Part shown: positions 28,805 through 39,463 of the stretch, piece by piece
How positions within the stretch are numbered: position 1 is the first letter of the stretch
How the letters are laid out: each line of letters starts with the position of its first letter
Source of the DNA: an uncultured Bacteroidales bacterium
Lineage (GTDB): Bacteria > Bacteroidota > Bacteroidia > Bacteroidales > Bacteroidaceae
Length of the DNA: 64,000 nt
Direction: 5' to 3'
Assembly: GCA_902779085.1 (NCBI GenBank)
Contig: CACYZY010000008.1
Location: forward strand, 46,201-110,200
Notes under the pieces: generated by a model
Databases searched by the model: none
Seen by the model: only the letters and a program-made list of their open reading frames with translations
What the model was told of the DNA's origin: nothing
Made by a program: the position numbers and the translations under genes

Positions 28805-31234
28805 ATGAAAATTTACAAAAGTTGTTTATTGGCTGTAGTTTTGCTGGCAACCACCTCTATGTGCCTGATAGCACAAGACGTCACTTTGCCTGAGTATGAT
28901 GCAGCCCGTGCATGGACGCCCGACAAGAACGAGCAGAAAACATTCTCGCTGAGTATTCATCCGAACTATTTCAAGGGATCTACCCGTTTTTGGTATAGTT
29001 TCAAGACCAGTCAGGGAGAGAATGTTTATGTGGTGGATCCAGCTACACGGACGAAGCGCGTGTTGTTCAGCACTGAAGACATTGCTTCTCAAATTTCATC
29101 ACAGAGTGAACAGAAATATACCGCTCAGCAGTTACCTATCAAGGATTTGAAACTCAAGGATGACAATGTTACCTTCGAGTTCACTGTTGATAGCGTGAAA
29201 TACGAGTACCAATACACACAGCAGAAACTTACCAATCTTGGCAAGGAGAAGAAAGATCGTCCAGCCCAGCGTTTCGGCAACATAAGCCCTGATAAACAGT
29301 GGGTAGTGTATGCCAAGAACTATAATCTTTACATGATGAGTAATGCTGATTACGAGCGCATTCAGAAGAATCCTAAAGATAGCACCATCACAGAGATTCA
29401 GTTGTCCAAAGATGGTATTAAGGACTTTGGCTTCACCATGGAGCGCAAGACGGTGAGTGATGGCAGCGATCCTAAGGTAGATACCTCTCGCCGACAGATG
29501 GCCAACGGCTACTGGAGTCCCGACTCCAAGTATTTCGTGAGCATTATCAGTGACCAACGTAAAATTAAAAACCTGTGGGTCATTAACGTCATGTCAGAAC
29601 CTCGTCCTACACTGGAAACCTACAAGTATCAGATGCCGGGTGAGGAGGGAGCCACCCCTCATATGTATGTCTTTGACATAGCCAACCGTTCACAGAAAGA
29701 AGTGAGTTTGGGCAACTGGGCAGAGCCTGTGGTACGTATCGTTACAGGCAAGCAGGGCAGTGCCTATAGTTTCGATCCTGATGAGGCACGCACTTGGGAA
29801 AACCATCCGGAATGGTGCTATGTGATGCGCATGAGCCGTGATTTCAAAAAGGTAGATATCTGTACCTATACCTTTGGGCAGGATGCTATCGTACCAGTGT
29901 TAGAAGAACGTATGCCGCAGTCTTATCTCGACACCCGCAACCTTATTTCGCTCGACAAGGGCAACCGTTTTATCTGGTGGAGCGAGCGCGACGGATGGGG
30001 ACATCTCTATCTTTACGACAAGGCTGGTAAGTTGATCAACCGCATCACTAAAGGAGCATGGCATGTAGAGGATATCAAGGGCGTAGATGAGGCCAAGAAA
30101 GTTATCTATTTCAGTGCCAATGGACGTGAACCAGGTGATTCTACACCATACTACGAACATCTTTATAAGGTTAATTTCGACGGCTCTGGTTTGCAACTGC
30201 TTACTCCCGGCAATTATTTCCATACCTCATTTATGGATGAGCAGCATGCCTATATAGTGGACAACTACTCTCGCGTGGATACCAAACCTGCTATTGACCT
30301 GCTTGACAATCAAGGCCGTAAACTGATGACATTGGAGGAAGCTGATTTTAGCCAGCTCTTTGCTGCTGGTTATAAGTTCCCGGAACTTTTCAAGGTTAAG
30401 GCAGCTGATGGTATCACCGATTTGTATGGTGTGATGTACAAGCCTTTCGATTTCGACAGCACGATGGTTTATCCTGTCATCGATTATGTCTATCCAGGTC
30501 CGCAGACTGAAGGTCCGTATTGGCGATACAATCGTGTTTCTCCACGTACCGATCGATTGGCACAAGCTGGCTTCATCGTCATCAGTGTAGGTCAGCGAGG
30601 AGGACACCCTAGTCGTTCAAAATGGTATCACGATTTCGGCTACCAAAATCTGCGTGACTACCCGTTGGCAGATCACAAGGCAGCCATTGAGCAACTGTGT
30701 GCTCAGAATAAGTTCATGGACATCACCAAGGTGGGTATCACTGGTCATAGCGGTGGTGGCTTCATGAGTACTGCAGCAATTCTTACCTATCCAGATTTCT
30801 TCAAGGTGGCAGTTTCATGCAGTGGCAACCATGACAACAATGTCTATAACCGTAGCTGGAGTGAGAAGTACCATGGTGTTACCGAGCGCATCGACGAGAA
30901 TGGTAAGGTGCATTTCGACATCCATATCCCTGCCAACCAGGAATTGGCCAGTCGTTTGAAAGGTCATCTTCTGCTTATGACAGGAGATATTGATGATAAT
31001 GTGCATCCGGCAGGTACCATCCGTATGGTCAATGCCCTTATCAAGGCAGGAAAGCGTTTCGATATGCTTATTCTGCCAGAAAAGCGTCATCAGTATGAAG
31101 GCTACAATGAATACTTCTATTGGAAGATGGTGGACTACTTCAGTGAACACCTCAAGGGCAAGAGTGAGAAGAGCATCGACATCAAAGACCTTAAGTTAGG
31201 TAACTGGTGGCGAGGAGCGCAGGAAGATATCTGA
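28805..31234 (+). CDS. S9 family dipeptidyl-peptidase IV-like protein
   Basis: Signal peptide, DPPIV propeller region, catalytic GHSGGG, DDNVH, RHQY. Confidence 0.9.
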   Translation: MKIYKSCLLAVVLLATTSMCLIAQDVTLPEYDAARAWTPDKNEQKTFSLSIHPNYFKGSTRFWYSFKTSQGENVYVVDPATRTKRVLFSTEDIASQISSQSEQKYTAQQLPIKDLKLKDDNVTFEFTVDSVKYEYQYTQQKLTNLGKEKKDRPAQRFGNISPDKQWVVYAKNYNLYMMSNADYERIQKNPKDSTITEIQLSKDGIKDFGFTMERKTVSDGSDPKVDTSRRQMANGYWSPDSKYFVSIISDQRKIKNLWVINVMSEPRPTLETYKYQMPGEEGATPHMYVFDIANRSQKEVSLGNWAEPVVRIVTGKQGSAYSFDPDEARTWENHPEWCYVMRMSRDFKKVDICTYTFGQDAIVPVLEERMPQSYLDTRNLISLDKGNRFIWWSERDGWGHLYLYDKAGKLINRITKGAWHVEDIKGVDEAKKVIYFSANGREPGDSTPYYEHLYKVNFDGSGLQLLTPGNYFHTSFMDEQHAYIVDNYSRVDTKPAIDLLDNQGRKLMTLEEADFSQLFAAGYKFPELFKVKAADGITDLYGVMYKPFDFDSTMVYPVIDYVYPGPQTEGPYWRYNRVSPRTDRLAQAGFIVISVGQRGGHPSRSKWYHDFGYQNLRDYPLADHKAAIEQLCAQNKFMDITKVGITGHSGGGFMSTAAILTYPDFFKVAVSCSGNHDNNVYNRSWSEKYHGVTERIDENGKVHFDIHIPANQELASRLKGHLLLMTGDIDDNVHPAGTIRMVNALIKAGKRFDMLILPEKRHQYEGYNEYFYWKMVDYFSEHLKGKSEKSIDIKDLKLGNWWRGAQEDI

Positions 31235-31240
31235 AAAAAT

Positions 31241-31264
31241 GAGGCGAGGAATAATCCTCGCCTC
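31241..31264. terminator. Hairpin terminator between convergent genes
   Basis: GAGGCGAGGA-ATAA-TCCTCGCCTC, 10-bp perfect stem. Confidence 0.7.
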
Positions 31265-31309
31265 TATTGTATTATGAAAAGAATGCTTTTGGTGTCGTCG
31301 TAACTATTG

Positions 31310-31957
31310 TTATTGCGACTGACGATAGATGTAGTCCATGATGATATCTACAGCATCATCCTCTTTCAGGTGTTCCATAGAGATAACCAAATCGTAGTTA
31401 CGAGTGTCATAACGGGAAGTACCGCAGAACTTTTGTACATAGTTCTCACGGCGCTCATCTACCTGATTAATAACCTTGATGGCCAAATTCCGAAGCAGCT
31501 CCTGGCGCATCATGATGCGTTGGATACGCTGTTCCATTGGAGCTTGAATCAATACACTCAGGTGGTTAGGGTGATCTTTTAGTACAAAGAATGCGCTACG
31601 GCCTGTAATTACACATGATTCCTCTGCCGTGATGCCCTTGATGATTTCAGTCTCAGTCTTGAACACTTCTTCAGTGGTAATGATTTCTGGCTCGTTTCCC
31701 ATAGAACTTGAATAAGGAGAATCAATCTCAGCAAAAGGAACAACTTTGCGCTGGAACTCAGCCCACCAGCCTTCTTTTTGTCCTTTCAGTTTTTCAATCT
31801 CCTCTGTAGTGAGATGAAACTTCTCCTTCAAAGCCTTGATTACAGCCTTGTCGTAGAACTTAACACCCAGCCTTTCAGCTAGTTTCTTTCCTACACTACG
31901 TCCGCCAGAACCTAACTCACGGTTAATCGTAATGACAAATTTTTCGTCTCTATTCAT
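31310..31957 (-). CDS. Cytidylate kinase-like family protein
   Basis: ITINRELGSGG, CVITGR, YDLVI motifs. Confidence 0.85.
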   Translation of the reverse strand: MNRDEKFVITINRELGSGGRSVGKKLAERLGVKFYDKAVIKALKEKFHLTTEEIEKLKGQKEGWWAEFQRKVVPFAEIDSPYSSSMGNEPEIITTEEVFKTETEIIKGITAEESCVITGRSAFFVLKDHPNHLSVLIQAPMEQRIQRIMMRQELLRNLAIKVINQVDERRENYVQKFCGTSRYDTRNYDLVISMEHLKEDDAVDIIMDYIYRQSQ

Positions 31958-32201
31958 GGTATAGTTCGTTTATTAATTAGCTTAATAGTATGCACAAACA
32001 TGTACATTTGCCGTAAAGTTACGATTAAATGATAGAAAAACCAAAAATTAGATAAAAAAAAATACTATTCATATAAATAAAACTTAGTACAGTTCATGGA
32101 TGTGACAAAGTGGCACGCCTGACTGACAAATCTACCTTGTAGAAATAACATTTAGTATTGTAAGGTAGTTTGGCATAGTTTTCGTACTTTTGGTTACGCT
32201 G

Positions 32202-32347
32202 AAGATAGGCTACACCTCAACCAAACAAATAAGCTTATTTGGTTTTGTGCTCGGCTTGCACTATCTTTAGATAAGATAGGCAGCACCTCAACAAAATCAA
32301 ATTAAATACATTTATTTGCTTTTGTGTTCGGCTTGCACTATCTTTGC
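32202..32347. repeat. Tandem pair of ~70-bp palindromic intergenic elements
   Basis: Two copies (32202-32268, 32273-32345) bounded by AAGATAG...CTATCTT and sharing TCGGCTTGCACTATCTTT. Confidence 0.85.
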
Positions 32348-32387
32348 AGGCAGAAAATTAATAACATATTAAAAATAGATTTAGATT

Positions 32388-32660
32388 ATGACAGTTAAAC
32401 CAATGGCAGACAGAGTTTTGGTATTACCAGAAGCTGCTGAAGAGAAGACTTCTACTGGTCTGTATATCCCAGACACAGCGAAGGAAAAACCTGTAAAGGG
32501 TGAGGTAGTTGCTGTAGGCAACGGAACCAAAGATGAGGAAATGGTACTGAAGGTAGGCGACAAAGTGCTCTATGGCAAGTACGCAGGAACTGAGTTGGAA
32601 GCAGATGGCACTAAGTACCTGATTATGCGTCAGAGCGATGTGCTGGCAGTTGTAGAATAA
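32388..32660 (+). CDS. groES: Co-chaperonin GroES
   Basis: [27 protein letters not shown]. Confidence 0.98.
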   Translation: MTVKPMADRVLVLPEAAEEKTSTGLYIPDTAKEKPVKGEVVAVGNGTKDEEMVLKVGDKVLYGKYAGTELEADGTKYLIMRQSDVLAVVE

Positions 32661-32664
32661 TTAA

Positions 32665-34320
<1,656 letters not shown>

Positions 34321-34352
34321 TGCATCACTCAAATCCTATAATTAAATGATAT

Positions 34353-34385
34353 AAGAGGTGAAGCTTTTGCTCCACCTCTTTTTTT
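34353..34385 (+). terminator. Intrinsic terminator after groEL
   Basis: AAGAGGTG-AAGCTTTTGCTC-CACCTCTT plus T-tract. Confidence 0.75.
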
Positions 34386-34435
34386 ATTGACATAGTTTTG
34401 TTATATTTGCGGATAAACAATAAATCTACGTAGTT

Positions 34436-35554
34436 ATGGCAAAGAAATTAGGATTCGGATGTATGAGATTGCCGTTGCTGGACCCAGCAGACCAGGCAAG
34501 TTTTGACAAGGAGCAACTAAAACGTATGGTAGATACGTTCATTGAGCGTGGTTTTACTTATTTTGATACGGCGTGGATGTATCATAATTTTCAGAGTGAG
34601 GAGGTATTGAAAAAAGTACTGGTACAGCGTTATCCTCGTGATAAGTTTACCATAACTTCGAAACTGCCCATCATGATGATTTATACTGAAGCAAAGCAGC
34701 GTGAGACTTTCGAGCGTCAGCTGCAAAAAGTGGGAGTAGATTATTTTGACTATTATCTCGTGCACTCACTCAACGAGAATACTTACAAGAATGCGGTGAA
34801 ACTGCATAGCTTCGAATACCTGCAGCAGCTGAAGGCGCAGGGTAAGATAAAGCACATGGGTATTTCGTTCCACGATAGTGCCGAGCTGTTGGACCGTATA
34901 TTGACTGAACATCCTGAAATTGAATTAGTGCAGATTCAACTGAATTATGTGGATTGGAATAGCGACAGCATCCAGTCGGGCAAATGCTACGATGTGATTT
35001 GCAAACATAACAAACCAGTGGTGGTGATGGAACCCATCAAGGGTGGTACGCTGGCTAATGTGCCAGAAGAGGTGAAGTCGATGTTCAAACAATCAGAACC
35101 TGACTTGTCTGTCGCTTCATGGGCTATCCGTTTTGCTGCTTCCCAGCCCCAGGTGATGATGGTACTCTCAGGTATGTCCAGCTATGAGCAATTGGATGAC
35201 AATACTTCTTATATGCAAGACTTCAAGCCATTGTCAGAGGACCAAATGGCATTGACGACAAAAGCTGCAGAGATTATCAATAGTACTATAGCCGTGCCCT
35301 GTACGGCTTGCCGTTACTGCGTGAAGGGTTGCCCCAAGAAGATTGCCATACCTGAATACTTCTCTCTTTACAACCAGAAGAAACGTTTTGGCAAGAAGGG
35401 CTTTGTCACTGAGGTAGCTTACTACAACAATCTCATTGTTGATCACGGTAAGGCTTCCGAGTGTATAGAGTGTAAGAAATGTGAGAAGATTTGTCCACAA
35501 CACATCAAAGTCAGTGAGGTGATGAAGGATGTGGCGAAGGAGTTTGAAGGATAA
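34436..35554 (+). CDS. Aldo/keto reductase with C-terminal 4Fe-4S dicluster domain
   Basis: LGFGCMRLP, YFDTAWMY, MEPIKGG; CTACRYCVKGCP and CIECKKCEKICP. Confidence 0.9.
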   Translation: MAKKLGFGCMRLPLLDPADQASFDKEQLKRMVDTFIERGFTYFDTAWMYHNFQSEEVLKKVLVQRYPRDKFTITSKLPIMMIYTEAKQRETFERQLQKVGVDYFDYYLVHSLNENTYKNAVKLHSFEYLQQLKAQGKIKHMGISFHDSAELLDRILTEHPEIELVQIQLNYVDWNSDSIQSGKCYDVICKHNKPVVVMEPIKGGTLANVPEEVKSMFKQSEPDLSVASWAIRFAASQPQVMMVLSGMSSYEQLDDNTSYMQDFKPLSEDQMALTTKAAEIINSTIAVPCTACRYCVKGCPKKIAIPEYFSLYNQKKRFGKKGFVTEVAYYNNLIVDHGKASECIECKKCEKICPQHIKVSEVMKDVAKEFEG

Positions 35555-35586
35555 AATAAAAGCTGCGAGAAATCGCAGCTTTTATT
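35555..35586. terminator. Bidirectional terminator
   Basis: 14-bp stem AATAAAAGCTGCGA/TCGCAGCTTTTATT with GAAA loop between convergent genes. Confidence 0.85.
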
Positions 35587-35596
35587 ATTCAATTAT

Positions 35597-35663
35597 ACTT
35601 CGTTTCAAAGCAATTCGGCACAGCTCAATCAAACTTGGCCTTGCACTCGCTGCTTCATGAAGT
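35597..35663. repeat. Palindromic intergenic element, related in its core to the groES-leader copies
   Basis: ACTTC...GAAGT ends, AAGCA/TGCTT arms, core TCGGCACAGCTCAATCAAACTTGGCCTTGCACTCG. Confidence 0.5.
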
Positions 35664-37370
35664 TTATTGCTTGTAAGCCTCCAAGTCCTCAGCCTTAAAA
35701 CTGTTGATGAACTTAAAGTGCTTTTCTACCTCAGACTCAACCAAGTTTACATACACCTTAGCTGACTTAGCAAACAGCTCAGGAGCACGAGAAGCATCCA
35801 TCAGCAAGAGATTAGCCATCACATTCACTGCCGCCATCTCATAGAGGCTGCGAGCCAAGATGTCGAGCAACTCTTGATTGCCAGCTTCTTTCACCAGGTT
35901 AGTAGCTGCCTCAAACTTGTTAGTCATCTCGATGATGCGCTCCTGCAAAGGTTTCAGCTCATCAATAACAGCCTCCTGCTCAAACTCACGCAGGATGTCC
36001 AGGTAGGTGCCATTGGTGACGTAGCGAATAGCTGCTACCACCTGCAACTGTGTGGTACCTTCGTAGATGGAGAGGATACGAGCATCGCGATACAGACGCT
36101 GTGCCTTGTACTCCATGATGAAACCAGAACCACCATGAATCTGAATACAGTCATAAGTGTTTTGGTTGGCATACTCAGAGGTCATACCTTTACCCAATGG
36201 AGTGAATGCGTCTGCCAAGCGAGTGTATTTCTTCTGTTCCTGACGCTCTTCAGGTGTCAGTTTGCGCTCACGGCTGATGTCATTCAAAGCCTTATAGATA
36301 TCCACATAGCGAGAGGTCATGTAAAGGATGCTGCGACCTGCATCAAGCTTAGCTTTCATACGAGCCAGCATCTCATATACAGCAGGAAATTCGATGATGG
36401 CCTTGTCGAACTGCTTGCGGTCCTTGGCGTATGCCAAAGCCTCGTTGTAGGCAGCCTGACTCACACCAGTGCTCTGCGCAGCGATACCCAAACGGGCGCC
36501 ATTCATCAAGCTCATCACATATTTGATCAAGCCTAACTTGCGGTCACCACAAAGCTCGGCCTTAGCATTCTTATATACCAGCTCGCAAGTTGGAGAGCCA
36601 TGAATACCCAACTTATGCTCAATGTGACGTACTGTCACGCCGCCCTGACGCTTGTCGTAGATGAACATTGACAAGCCACGACCGTCGCGAGTGCCTTCCT
36701 CAGAGCGAGCCAGTACCAAGTGGATGTCAGAGTCGCCATTGGTGATGAATCGTTTTACACCATTCAGCAACCAGCAACCTTCTTCTTCGCTATAGGTGGC
36801 TTTCAGCATTACACGCTGCAAGTCGGAACCTGCATCTGGCTCTGTCAAGTCCATAGACATGGTCTCACCTTGGCATACGCGAGGGATATATTTCTGACGC
36901 TGCTCCTCAGTACCAAACTCATACAGGGTTTCGATACAATCCTGCAACGACCAGATATTCTGGAAACCAGCATCGGCAGCAGAGATGATCTCTGAAGCCA
37001 TAGAGTAGGGCACGGTAGGGAAATTCAAACCACCATAGCGGCGAGGCATAGGAACACCGTTCAGACCAGCCTTGATGGTGGCAGCCAGATTCTCCTTAGT
37101 CTTCTCAGCATATACCATGCGTCCATCTACCAAATGAGGACCTTCAATATCTACGCTTTCGCTGTTAGGCTCAATCACGTTGGCAGCAATGTCGCCTGCA
37201 ATCTCCAGCACACGGTCGTAGTTGTCTATAGCGTCGTTGTAGTCAACAGGCGCCTCGTCAAACTGATCCTTGTCGGCATAACCACGTTCCTTCAGTTCAA
37301 CGATGCGTTCCATCAGCGGATGGGTAAGATGGAACTTCAGTTCTGGATAGTCACTATAATAATTTGCCAT
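35664..37370 (-). CDS. Acyl-CoA dehydrogenase (long Bacteroidales type)
   Basis: SMDLTEPDAGSD, NGVKRFITNG, KLGIHGSPTCEL, IYEGTTQLQ; 568 aa. Confidence 0.93.
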   Translation of the reverse strand: MANYYSDYPELKFHLTHPLMERIVELKERGYADKDQFDEAPVDYNDAIDNYDRVLEIAGDIAANVIEPNSESVDIEGPHLVDGRMVYAEKTKENLAATIKAGLNGVPMPRRYGGLNFPTVPYSMASEIISAADAGFQNIWSLQDCIETLYEFGTEEQRQKYIPRVCQGETMSMDLTEPDAGSDLQRVMLKATYSEEEGCWLLNGVKRFITNGDSDIHLVLARSEEGTRDGRGLSMFIYDKRQGGVTVRHIEHKLGIHGSPTCELVYKNAKAELCGDRKLGLIKYVMSLMNGARLGIAAQSTGVSQAAYNEALAYAKDRKQFDKAIIEFPAVYEMLARMKAKLDAGRSILYMTSRYVDIYKALNDISRERKLTPEERQEQKKYTRLADAFTPLGKGMTSEYANQNTYDCIQIHGGSGFIMEYKAQRLYRDARILSIYEGTTQLQVVAAIRYVTNGTYLDILREFEQEAVIDELKPLQERIIEMTNKFEAATNLVKEAGNQELLDILARSLYEMAAVNVMANLLLMDASRAPELFAKSAKVYVNLVESEVEKHFKFINSFKAEDLEAYKQ

Positions 37371-37372
37371 AT

Positions 37373-38398
37373 TTACTTCGAATTTTGCTTGTAATACTTT
37401 ATCAACTTAGGAACCACTTCTTCCACTGTGCCTGTAATCACGTAGTCGGCAATCTTGTTGATAGGCGCGTCGGGGTCGTTGTTGATGGAGATGATGATGT
37501 CAGAATCCTGCATGCCGGCAATGTGCTGGATCTGTCCGCTAATGCCGCAGGCGATATATACCTTTGGATGAACGGTCACACCAGTCTGACCAATTTGACG
37601 ATCGTGGTCGCAGAAACCTGCATCCACAGCAGCACGGCTGGCACCTACCTCACCATGCAATACCTTAGCCAGTTCAAACAGCATGTCGAAGCCTTCCTTG
37701 CTGCCCATGCCATAACCACCGGCTACCACAATCTTGGCACCCTTCAGGTTATGCTTTGCAGCCTCTACATGATGGTCGAGCACCTTCACTACAAAGGCCT
37801 CAGGGCTTACATATTTGCTCACCTCAGGGTATACCACCTCTTTCTTGCAAGCACCATCATAGATGGCTTTCTGCATCACGCCCGAACGTACGGTTGCCAT
37901 CTGAGGGCGATGATCGGGGTTTACGATGGTAGCCACGATGTTACCACCGAATGCAGGACGAATCTGATACAGCAAGTTCTTATACTCAGTGCCAGTTTTG
38001 GCATCGGTGTGGTCACCAATCTCCAACTGTGTACAGTCGGCTGTCAAGCCGCTGGTCAGTGAAGAGGATACACGAGGTCCCAAGTCACGGCCGATAACGG
38101 TAGCACCCATCAGGGCAATCTGTGGCTGCTGCTCCTTGAACAAGTTTACTAAGATGTCAGTATGAGGTACTGAGGTATAGGGGAACAAGCCTGGGGCGTC
38201 AAATACAAACAGTTTGTCAACACCGTAAGGCAGAATCTGATCCTCTACCTTGCCACGGATGCCTGTGCCGGCAACGATGGCATGCAGCTCAACATTCAGT
38301 TGATTGGCGAGCTTACGACCTTTGGTCAGCAGCTCCTGAGATACTTCGGCTACGGTTGTGCCTTCAATCTCACAATATACAAATACATTGTTACTCAT
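37373..38398 (-). CDS. etfA: Electron transfer flavoprotein alpha subunit
   Basis: GLTADCT, RPQMATVR, GASRAAVD, QIGQTG, GISGQIQH. Confidence 0.96.
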   Translation of the reverse strand: MSNNVFVYCEIEGTTVAEVSQELLTKGRKLANQLNVELHAIVAGTGIRGKVEDQILPYGVDKLFVFDAPGLFPYTSVPHTDILVNLFKEQQPQIALMGATVIGRDLGPRVSSSLTSGLTADCTQLEIGDHTDAKTGTEYKNLLYQIRPAFGGNIVATIVNPDHRPQMATVRSGVMQKAIYDGACKKEVVYPEVSKYVSPEAFVVKVLDHHVEAAKHNLKGAKIVVAGGYGMGSKEGFDMLFELAKVLHGEVGASRAAVDAGFCDHDRQIGQTGVTVHPKVYIACGISGQIQHIAGMQDSDIIISINNDPDAPINKIADYVITGTVEEVVPKLIKYYKQNSK

Positions 38399-38402
38399 TT
38401 CT

Positions 38403-39296
38403 TTAGCCGATTATCTTCTTGTCCAACAATTCTTTTATCAAACCTTCTACATCGCTGTCGCTGCTAGAGAGTGTCTGGCACTCCTTTGCTTGGAACACAA
38501 TGTTCTGCACGGTCTTTACCTTAGTAGGTGAACCGCTCAAACCACACTGCTCGAAATCAGCATTTACGTCAGCAGCTGTCCATTCCGTCAAATTTAGGTA
38601 TGGGCGCTGCTCATAGAGCTCTGCGTATGGCAATGTGCCGCCATTCTTGGTGAATTCAGCTTTCTCCTGTGCACCCAGGGCACGTTTGTATTTCTCCACC
38701 AGTTTGGCGTTGCGAGGACGGCAAGGAGCGGCACTGCCGTTGACGGTTACTACCAAAGGCAGGGGAGCCTCTACAGTTTCTACACCACCATCAATGTGGC
38801 GGCGGATAGTCACCTTGCGTTTAGCTTCGTCCAAGCTGATGATTTCCTCAGCGTATGTAACTTGTGGCAAACCCAGTTTCTCAGCTACCTGTGGTCCTAC
38901 CTGAGCTGTGTCACCATCGATGGCCTGACGGCCGCCCAAGATGATGTCATACTCGCCAATCTTGCGGATGGCTGTTGCGATAGCATAAGAAGTTGCCAAT
39001 GTGTCTGCGCCGGCGAAAGCACGGTCGGTTAACAGATAGCCGCCATCGGCGCCACGAAATAGTCCTTCACGAATAATCTCAGCTGCACGTCCAGGACCCA
39101 TTGTCAGCAAAGTGACGGTAGAGCCAGGAAAAGCGTCTTTCAGTCTGAGAGCCTGCTCCAGAGCGTTCAAATCTTCTGGGTTGAAGATGGCAGGCAATGC
39201 CGCACGGTTAATGGTTCCGTCGGCTTTCATGGCATCTTTCCCCACATTACGGGTGTCGGGTACTTGTTTTGCCAATACTACGATTTTCAAACTCAT
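38403..39296 (-). CDS. etfB: Electron transfer flavoprotein beta subunit
   Basis: KQVPD, NPEDLNALE, GADTLATS, GRQAIDGDTAQVG. Confidence 0.96.
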   Translation of the reverse strand: MSLKIVVLAKQVPDTRNVGKDAMKADGTINRAALPAIFNPEDLNALEQALRLKDAFPGSTVTLLTMGPGRAAEIIREGLFRGADGGYLLTDRAFAGADTLATSYAIATAIRKIGEYDIILGGRQAIDGDTAQVGPQVAEKLGLPQVTYAEEIISLDEAKRKVTIRRHIDGGVETVEAPLPLVVTVNGSAAPCRPRNAKLVEKYKRALGAQEKAEFTKNGGTLPYAELYEQRPYLNLTEWTAADVNADFEQCGLSGSPTKVKTVQNIVFQAKECQTLSSSDSDVEGLIKELLDKKIIG

Positions 39297-39386
39297 ATTG
39301 TTTTATTTAAGTTGTTTTCAATCAGGATCAAGCCAAATTAGGCTGCAAAGGTACTCAAAATCTTTGATTATACCATATAAAATATG

Positions 39387-39420
39387 AAAAAAGTGGAGTT
39401 GCATGAAGCTACTCCACTTT
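39387..39420 (-). terminator. Terminator downstream of the aminopeptidase C gene
   Basis: AAAGTGGAGT/ACTCCACTTT stem with T-tract on the minus strand. Confidence 0.7.
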
Positions 39421-39463
39421 ACATAAATGTCGAGGCAATCCTGACACATATTGGCGATTAGAC

